DNA of 62,875 bases, the filler included, from Choristocarpus tenellus KU-1152 (taxonomy: Eukaryota > Protista > Phaeophyceae), in NCBI GenBank assembly GCA_964200185.2. It is 8 parts of 8 records of this genome, joined end to end, with 100 filler letters (N's around TTAATTAATTAA, not from the genome) between each part and the next. Parts side by side here need not be neighbours in the genome. Positions count along the whole stretch, not along the records: positions 46,222 to 55,870 come from CAXNAD020003506.1; positions 55,971 to 59,335 come from CAXNAD020020513.1; positions 59,436 to 62,875 come from CAXNAD020020012.1; 5 more parts are not named here. One strand, 5' to 3'. Shown piece by piece: positions 54,201-62,875 of the stretch (position 1 is the stretch's first letter; each line of letters opens with the position of its first letter). The notes below the pieces were generated by a model. It made no database searches. It was not told the origin of the DNA and was given only the letters and a program-made list of their open reading frames with translations. Both the position numbers and the translations under genes were made by a program.

Positions 54201-54669
54201 GTAATGCTGGTTGCGCAATGCACGTACTCCTAGGCGCATGATTGTTTTAGGACTCATAAATGAAAAATCAATTACTACTACAAAGTATATATATCAATAC
54301 TGCTGCTGCTATACCTTTAGTACCATGTAAATGTTATTTATTGTATTTTCCTCCCATGTAATTGAGCGCATATCATGGATTATCTGGGAGAAAAGGTGGT
54401 GAGAAACCCCTGCAGCCGATATACCACCACGCGAAAAACATGGCCAGCATAGTTTTCTTGCGGAACACCTTTGCAAGATTATCCACCGGATTTGGCAACG
54501 AAATTGAGCTGTACGTTGCCGAAGAGTTGTGGATCTGCTGCTCCCTCCGTGCTTAAAGCAAGGCACATAGGGGGGTAGTCTTCAGAGAGTGAGGAAGAAG
54601 GAATAGAAGAATGTCCAAAAAGGAGGGACTGCCCAACAGGCCACCCACAAAGCAGAGTACCTTCATGGA

Positions 54670-55140
54670 TAATTATGAAGGTACAGCTGTTGATGACAGG
54701 ATATTCCCCAGCAAAAGAGGCCGTAGAGACAACCAATGATGCTTTTTGGGAGAAGTCTCATACTGTGGGGCAGCAGACTCTCCCCAAGGATGAGCTCTTT
54801 ATTCTGATGGACACGAACACCCACACTGGAAAGGGAGATGAGAGAGGAGAGGATCACGATAGCAGAATTATCTGGACATATGAATGGGATGTGTTGAATG
54901 ACGATGGCAAGCACTTACTGATATTTGCAAAGATGAACAAACTTGCACTTATCAACACATTTTTCAGTGTACTCAGGGGGAAATGGTCCCATATACTTGG
55001 GCCGTCAAGAGGGAACGGGGTATCTTTGTTTTGATTACATCCTTTGACGTCAGGTTGATCATAGCCTCAAACACAATGTGAGGGGTGCGCTCCCCGTGTC
55101 ATCTCAATATTGGTCTGTCTCCTTGATCGCTTTGCTCCCA
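54670..55140 (+). pseudogene. LINE (RTE/CR1-like) apurinic-endonuclease remnant
   Basis: GYSP..DAFW..KDELFILMDTNTHTG..LNDDGKHLLIFAKMNKLALINTFF is a degenerate version of YAP..GDFNA.VG..NENG..LL.F....L...NTFF. Confidence 0.8.
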
Positions 55141-55319
55141 ATCGTAAGATGTGATCTGGTCAAGGATGAATTTCTATCAACCGACAAGCCCTGATGTCTA
55201 TGGTCACTTTTGAAACCTTAGACTGAACTATACAACAAATTCCTCCAAGGTAGTACCTGGTACAAACCAATGTTCACACTACCATGAAAGCAAATAGAGA
55301 TTTGATATACACTAGCAAG

Positions 55320-55870
55320 GCAGCAAGGGCCTCATGGCGAGTCCTTCTCACAGGCTGTATGTACAAGCCCTACAATACAGGCCTTAGGATTGTCCATACA
55401 CACCCTGCTTTCTACAGGTGTCCCCTCAGAAGACCTGGCTGAAATTATTGGCCAAGACTGGGTAACCTGGGGGGGAACAGCACCACCTGCATCTGCCCCA
55501 GAGGTCCATACCCTGGCAGCTCATGACGCCAGGATCACAAGGAGGGCTCAACACGAGATCACACGCCTCCAAAACAAGATCCCTTTCGACTCCTTCAGGA
55601 CACAACTAGCTGACCTTCCAAATGAGGCACACCAAGGGAGGGAAGCTCTTCATTAGCCCTAGTGCACCACCGGAGCCAGTGTGGACAAGGAGCAAACGCC
55701 TGGCCTCGACACAACTCTGGAACCAGTATGCTAGTTCCCCCCAGGAATTCAAGCTCACAGTCAGCAGATCCCTAGGGAGAGAGGAGGCCCAATCAAACAT
55801 GTGCCCAGTGGCAGGGTGCAGGAGGGAAAATATCGATACCAGACATGGCGGCACCTGCCCCAGGGCAGGG
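55320..55870 (+). pseudogene. Probable non-LTR retrotransposon C-terminal remnant (Cys/His knuckle)
   Basis: Frameshifted ORFs ending CPVAGCRRENIDTRHGGTCPRAG (C-x4-C-x8-H-x3-C), resembling the post-RT knuckle of RLE-type elements. Cut by contig end. Confidence 0.5.
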
Positions 55871-56091
55871 NNNNNNNNNNNNNNNNNNNNNNNNNNNNNN
55901 NNNNNNNNNNNNNNTTAATTAATTAANNNNNNNNNNNNNNNNNNNNNNNNNNNNNNNNNNNNNNNNNNNNTGTTTCACGGTGACTTATCTGTCATGAGGC
56001 TTAAATACGCACTTCTCCGATGTGCGGGGGGGGGGTATACCTGGGCCGACAGAAATAAAGATACCCCCTCTCTCCGTACAACCAGGTCTGC

Positions 56092-56160
56092 TATTACTGC
56101 AATGCTGTTACTGCAATGCTGTTACTGCAATGCTGTTACTGCAATGCTGTTACTGCAATT
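56092..56160. repeat. 14-bp tandem repeat (TACTGCAATGCTGT)x~5
   Basis: Direct inspection. Confidence 0.92.
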
Positions 56161-56658
56161 ATTACACTGAATCGAATAACTGCCAATTACAATGCAGTAC
56201 GTACACAGCAGCGCCGACAGAATACCTACCATGCGCAGAACCCCGAACCCATCCCTATATTGTGGATACCACAAGAGGGTCATATGTAACCCTATCCCTA
56301 ACCCTAACCCTAACCTTGTCTGAATACAATAGTCTGAATACAATAGATGCAACACTGTACTTGAACGCGGTGATGGTGCTGATGTGCAGGAAGGAAGTAC
56401 CTGATTGTAGGGAATAGACGTCTCCTCTAGCCTCTAAAAGAATTAAAACCATGCACAGTAAAAGACTCGACGGGCATCGGACTAGCAACAACGATTGTTG
56501 ACCAGAAGAGTTAAAAAAAAACAGAGGCTATATAAAATTGCACCTGTTGTGTACCACAGAGTGATACCAACAAGTTAGAGTAGGTGTAGGGCTGTCTGCT
56601 ATCATCTATTAATACCCCTCCCCCTCTCCTCAAAAAAGGCCTGTAAATAGTCACTCAC

Positions 56659-58948
56659 CTCAATGACAGCGGTCCTCGGAGTGGCTCTCCCCTGCACCGA
56701 GGCCACTCCAACCAGAATCACAAACACCAGAGTGGACAAAGCAAGACCGCCCCACCAAGGTCCCTTGGGCAGGGGCTCCTTCTTTCCCTTCACCCTCCTC
56801 CATAAGGTTGCTCCCAGCCTCATCGAGAGCAGGAACAAATCGGCAAACCAGATAGATACAAACAGCAGGACAACGCCACCTGCCCATTCCATGCTGCACA
56901 CAGCACATGGCACAGGTTAGTCAAGCATGGCAGAGGGATGGAGTACGTGCATGTAAGTAGAGGAGCAGCTGTCAATGTAGCTCATTTTCGAAAAGCTATT
57001 TTTCCTGTGATGTACACGATGTAGTACATACGCTACGTAGACTGGGGGAAGGGGGGGGGAGGTGAGGGTTAGGATTATACTATTATTAAAAAAAAGACAA
57101 TGATTCGTTTGCTATAAAAACTTGTCTTGAAGACAAGAGACATCAAGTTTCAATTTAAAAACGAGTAGAAGTGAGTTAGTGAGAAGACAAAAAGTTAAAT
57201 GACATGTAAAAACGAGTAGAAGCGAGTGAGAAAACAAAGTTGAAGGGTGAAGGCGTTCTATTGATACCACCTAAAAAAGAAAAAAGTAATAACAGTGTGT
57301 TCAACGTCATGATCCAAAAAACCAACTTATTGCCTCTACCACTTGTGTCTTGTACTGATAAGTACATGATGTTCAACATGATCTCTATCTGATACAGTAT
57401 CTATTTGATACTACCTAATTTCAAGAACAGGATACCAGTGGAGGAGAGACTAACATGGGGCTGGGATCAGGGTTGAGGAATCTAGTGCCACCATGGCATG
57501 GCAGACAGCCTGACCCAGGTAAGACCATCTTGATGTCAATCCCCATCTCAAAATATTATACCTTTTCAACTATGTGTATGCCATGAAACATGCAATATGG
57601 GAAACTGGAAAGGATATACAAACTACTAGTGTTTTACTATACACAGCAGTATTCTTGTAAATACTACTAAGATTATACTGTCAAGGCGATTGAAACGTCA
57701 AATCCAAATTAGGCAGATATGGAAGATCCTTAACAACAGACTGCTATTATACCTGAAAGTGCTTCAGCACTACCACGAACATCAAGGAGAAACAACTTAC
57801 GAAAGTCTAGATGCAATGATATGCCTACTTCATGAAGCACAAATAACTACACATTGCTAAGCTGTGGCAGGACTTTCATGTTCTGGGAGGCTGATAATCA
57901 GGCTTTCATAGCCCTAACCCTAACCCTAACCCAAGCAATTTGTACTACTGTAATGTGGACAAAAAGAACAAAACTTCCACAGAATAACTAATACTACTCA
58001 AGATAATTTGGGATTAGCGTAGATTTGCTCCAGTGTAAAACATGTATCTTTTCCACCATCTGCCTGCTGTCACTGGGATAGAGCACGTAACTATTCGACT
58101 ACCTGTGACTGGTTGGAAACGATAAGCACCACCTATCCCTGTGCCATACGTTGCATGTACATGATACTACTGAAGAATGCAATGTGTACTTTGGAGCTCT
58201 AGTGGCACACCTGAACATAGTGTACGGGTGGGGGTCCACTCCATTCTTCGTTGGCAAGAAAATTTCTGCTGCAAAGTTTGATAGTGCGATCCCATAGATG
58301 ATCACAAGAATAAGGATGAGCATGAACCTTACCCCTTTGACCTGAGAAATATTATTGAAGGGTTAGAGCTCTACGACACCAACGTCTTGAAGGATTTGGT
58401 TGGCACGCACTTTGGGTACCTCATCTTCTCGAATAGCTTCAATTGTACTCTCTCTCTCGATACCACAGAATATACCTTGGCTCCTTCATCCTCGTGAAAA
58501 GCACAGCACCCACTGCAACATCTCCGGCAATACCTACGGTCACCGCCGTAATATGGAACCCTCCTCGCCCCAGAAACCTCCAGTATAGGGCGGAAGCTGA
58601 TAGAGTGGAACCGAAAACAGAGTTGAGGGACACGAGCCACAATAAATACACCGGGAACTTTAGCGACGGTTGGGGTTGAACGCGAAAGATTAGTAAACCA
58701 TTTACCATTCAAGTCCAACCAATCGTTGACCTTGCCACTCACATCCTCTTCCACAGGTACCGAGTCATTATTACTGCAGCAACAATGATCAGCAGCGCGA
58801 ATGCCACTGTAGCGTTTGTGTCAGATTGCGCAATGAATAGGAGCAGGATCATCAACAAACCAAGACCTGTCCAAAATATTATCTCTAACTGGTGCTCAAT
58901 GACAATCCCAACCGCAATATGCTGGCATCCCTTCAACGATTCAGACAT
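56659..58948 (-). CDS. Multi-pass membrane protein, TMPPE-like N-terminal half (3' exons lost at contig end)
   Basis: Exons 58948-58743, 58596-58476, 58341-58211, 56893-56659 in phase. About five hydrophobic segments, YLWKR, and the ending LVGVASVQGRATPRTAVIE, like the linker that precedes the metallophosphoesterase domain in TMPPE. The catalytic domain is not seen. Confidence 0.55.
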
Positions 58949-59459
58949 TTCGATCCACCCACAACAACACAGGATGGTTACTCTGTCCTAATTCTATGGA
59001 TTTTCGTCCCCTGAATTCTTTGTCAAGGAGATTGTCGTGTGTGCAACAACGATGTTGGTAGACTATTCTTTACACGAACGAGGATTTTGGTATATTTGAA
59101 TCAGTTCATAAATTCGAAAGCGGAACGTTTTGAACCTCTAATTAACCGTGTTTTAACATAGAGTACCTACACCTATTTTATGCCAACTATTATATACCAA
59201 ACCCCCATTTTGTACCCCTTTTTTCGACATACTAAAAAAAAGAGGCTTTGTTTTGCTCACGAATTCTGGATTATTATTACTATTTGCTCATTCCTAATTT
59301 GCTATTCCTCTATCCTCTATTCCCCATTTGATGACNNNNNNNNNNNNNNNNNNNNNNNNNNNNNNNNNNNNNNNNNNNNTTAATTAATTAANNNNNNNNN
59401 NNNNNNNNNNNNNNNNNNNNNNNNNNNNNNNNNNNGAAATGTATATGCTTTAGATACAA

Positions 59460-60188
59460 CTAATCATTACAGACCAGATGCCTTAAAGGGAGTTGATAGA
59501 AAAAATGTAATGCAAAATTTATCTTGCTTGCATCAGATAGTTTAGGAGTAATAAATAGGTTAGCTCCATCGTCTGATAATATGGATGTAAATCCACTAAC
59601 ATTACCAATTATCTTAGATACTCTTCCATGATTAAAATTAATACGGTTAATAGCCTCATCTGCTACATTTACGGAGAGTTGTTTTTGATATGAGACTTCT
59701 ATAGTTTTGCTATTATTTTTATTAAGCCTATTTGTTATTCCATCTGTAAGTTTTTTATGCATATCCATGTCAAGTGATAATTTTTTAACAATATCATCGT
59801 CTTCCTGTATTTTTTCTACAGAAACATCTTGATTCTCATCTTCAATTGATATTATTTCTGAATCTAAATAATTTACCAATTTTTTTATAGTAGGATAATC
59901 AAAAGTTAACGTTGATGACAAAGGACAATCTAGCACATCTTGCAACTTGTTTTTAAACTCTATAGCTGTTAAAGAGTTCTTACCTAACTCAAAAAACCCT
60001 TGATCCTCTTCAAAAGATTGTTTACCTTCTTCATGGTAGCATGTAGCATAATATATTCTTCCTCTTCTGTTAAATAATGTGTAGAATCCCAAGTCTTGAT
60101 ATTGAAATATGTAGGTTAATTCCTTTTCAGTTATGTTGTAGTAGGTAGAATGTTGAAGAATACCATCCAAGCAGTAGGGTGCTTTCAC
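59460..60188 (-). other. Chimeric AT-rich bacterial-like ORF: PKS acyl-carrier domain + F-type conjugative TraK fragment
   Basis: aa ~55-110 DQGFFELGKNSLTAIEFKNKLQ..LSSTLTFDYPTIKKLVNYL matches the type I PKS ACP pattern. aa ~165-227 LSVNVADEAINRINFNHGRVSKIIGNVSGFTSILSDDGANLFITPK resembles Rickettsiales TraK. No introns, and clearly more AT-rich than host exons. Confidence 0.7.
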
Positions 60189-62875
60189 TCATCCCTCATC
60201 ACAAATAACTCATCACTCAATCTGTCTTTCTTCCTATAACATTCATTTTCCAGGATTCTTCTTATGATACTGTAATAACCCGGATATTGTTCTCTCAATC
60301 ATCATTCAACAGAAAGATAACTATAAACCCTAACAGTTGTCCAACAGTTCTCCAACGACACTTTAATTATCTAACAGGTGATTGTTTCCCTAGTAAGTAT
60401 TTTCCCACATGAATCTAAAGCAAAATCTTGACATCCTCTCTTCAACATCATTTCAAATATTTTGCGGATTGGAAGAAATACTGCACTGGGAAGGAAATGT
60501 TTGCGGCATCACAGCGTGTGATATAGAATTGGTAGACTACATTGGATTTCATTGAGCTTAGAGCAACCTTGTAGTGACTTGTTCCAGTATCCTCAAAACA
60601 AAATATCTACAGCCTGATCTTGCGCATTTATTGCTGCCCCTCCAACTGTTTGGATTGATAGTGGATAGATGAAAAGGCAGGTGGCAGTATTTATTTATTA
60701 ATAGATGTAGCTATTAGAGGATTCTATTGCAAGGTGACATCAAACCCCGAGCCATATTTATACGTTGCAAGAACAATATGGGTCGTTGCTGTTAAGGACA
60801 AAAGTTGTTGCCTATTCCAGCATTTGGCAACAGACCTTGACAACATATATGGTAGCTCGTTACATGTTCAAGAAAGTGATGTTAAATTCTACAAAGCAAC
60901 ACTTAGCAGGATTTAATTGGCGGTCTATGGTCTGGAATGCGTGACAATGTGTGTGTGTTCTGTTAATGTCATTTCAGTAACTCCCTAGAGCTCAGTAGAT
61001 CATACAAAATAAACATGAGCCCAATGGGCACAGTCGTCACGTGTTCTTGCCCACTTGACCAAAGTACTCTAAAGTACTATCTGCATCCAATCTTCAATCA
61101 AGACACTACTGGTTGGACCCTTGAATGTGCGTACTTTGAAGTATTCCCTAAATTCATGGTGTACTTCTGCCAATCTAAATCAATATTACATTCATACCCA
61201 GACGTAGTATAGAACACAAGATGGCAAGAAGCATGAAACCTAAGATCAGTAAAAGCGGGGCACTCCTCGGAAAATTACCCCTCGCATACGACAACCTAAC
61301 GTTTTAGTTTAGTGTATTACACGATATATCATCTGGACAATAAGTGTCATAGCAAGTGGCCACAAATGAGTGTTGTCTTGTTCAACAGATGTTACCGACC
61401 TAATTGGCTCAAGCGCTTACTGAAGAACGGAGTATATAGAGTGTATGATCCTGAGTGCTGTGCTGAATAACGGAACCTATAGAGCAAAGGAATGACCCCA
61501 ATCGTTGTCCAGGACAATGGGTGTTATGAACGAAATGTTTTTTCAAACGATTACTGGGCAACAGGCATGATAGAGCAGATGAAGCATTATTTGCTGGACA
61601 ACAGACATGAAAAAGCAAATTTTGTTTGAGCGTTTGCTGCGTAGCGAACATCATTACGTGGTAGTGCAAGATATATCTATTTTCCATTTGCAACGTTTTA
61701 CTGATTTTCTTCCGTTTATCACTTTTTTCTGGTTGAAAAGATCAACTAGTTGTATATGAAAGATATTCTGGAAGTGGATTGATTTGTGGAATGATAATTG
61801 AGCAAAAAAAAATGTTCAGGCCAATGATAATGTAGAGGAAACTGGTTTGAAATTTTGAATAGACAACCGTAGGCCATGGACCAAATATGCTCAGCAGTTA
61901 TATGGACAAAGGGATGCTTTCTTTACAGGAACTGGCCTCTCAACATTGCCCTGATAACAAGGGTTATATAGCGAAACAGACTGAATGTTGTCATCAACGA
62001 TGACAGATGTTTTCGACCAAACATGACCAAATGTTAGAATTGAGCAGGACGTTTTGTAAGGTGTGGAGTGGTGTAGAGGTGTTTGGAGGAGAAGCAACAT
62101 GGGGTCACCGGGTAGTATGGAATAGATGCACAGAGTAGACACAAACACATGCATGAACACAATATCAAGATATCAAGAGCTGGTGCCCTCAACATGGACA
62201 CACAAGTGCGAGATGGGTGAGTGCATGTGTCATAGGGAAGAGAATCGTCACTAACAATAGCAATGACCTAAAATTGGATAAAGCCAATCCACCCATGGGG
62301 TATCATGTTGTAATTAGAATTAGAATTTTGCTTCTAACTTAATTTGGTGCCAGCTCGTACACAACTGCAATGCAAGGACAAGAGCCTACGCTGGTAGCAC
62401 ACAAAAGATGATAAACAAAAAAATGGACCAGATGGGAAGCAATTAGTCTCATACACACTCAAGACTGCCAACCACACATCACACGTCCCCAACGGCACTT
62501 TGTGCAATCTCTCACGACCTTGGAGAGCAACACAGTTTCTTGGGTGGGGGGTACCCCTGCACTCCATCATTTGCTTGTTGCAAATGAGGAAGCTTGAAGG
62601 TGTCATCCCCCTTCCACTGTATGATTTGCTGTAGGATGACCTGCAGCATTGTCCACATGTTCCCAAAGAGTGACCAGAGGATCTCTGTTGAAAGTGTCCT
62701 TGAATACACTGATTAGCTGGTCCGATGTCTGAGGGATGGTTCTATCCTGGAGGGACTGGATGGAGTTGGAAAACTCCATATCAAGAGTAATATCATCAGG
62801 GCTATTGGACGACTGGTCAATCAAAATGCCCCACCCATCACCTGTGCATGCCACGAGCACTTTCATTATCCATCC

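Noticed and set aside
54541-54560. CTCCCTCCGT, the Stowaway TIR consensus
   Set aside because: Not preceded by TA and no matching opposite TIR was found.
7096-59435. Recurring TTAATTAATTAA palindrome as a biological repeat, and gene neighbourhoods across it
   Set aside because: It is always embedded in exactly 44+44 Ns, so it is an artificial contig-joining linker. The two axonemal genes and the two plastid genes are on different contigs and are not clusters.
59460-60188. A functional PKS cluster or conjugation operon
   Set aside because: Only an isolated ACP and a partial TraK are present. There is no KS/AT domain, no other tra genes, and the TraK lacks a signal peptide and its C-terminus.

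Overview
Eukaryotic nuclear DNA, most likely a photosynthetic, flagellate-stage stramenopile (brown alga or close relative). This is inferred from intron-rich genes, a plastid fibrillin with a bipartite-like leader, a PsbP-domain gene, axonemal genes and a stramenopile-type TKL kinase. The window is not one locus: seven identical 100-bp N44-TTAATTAATTAA-N44 linkers join eight unrelated contigs. Eight spliced genes can be rebuilt by hand with GT-AG introns in consistent phase: Nup155 (partial), a SAXO/TEX45-like candidate microtubule inner protein, EFHC1/Rib72, a PAP-fibrillin, a PsbP-domain protein (5'-truncated), CtIP/Sae2, an N-acylated TKL kinase and a TMPPE-like membrane protein (3'-truncated). 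The rest is decayed TEs (Ty3/gypsy pol and gag, a solo LTR with intact TSD, a DD39D mariner, LINE fragments), Harbinger-like MITEs and mini/microsatellites. Most notable: (1) an AT-rich bacterial-looking mosaic at 59.4-60.0 kb (PKS acyl-carrier domain + Rickettsiales-type TraK + IS-like fragment) fused in one ORF; (2) strong CpG-rich 5' ends versus CpG-poor gene bodies, suggesting CpG methylation; (3) frequent short telomeric TTAGGG tracts, two at branch-point positions and two inside a foldback element. I found no complete novel multi-gene system. All homology calls are from motif recognition, not database searches.
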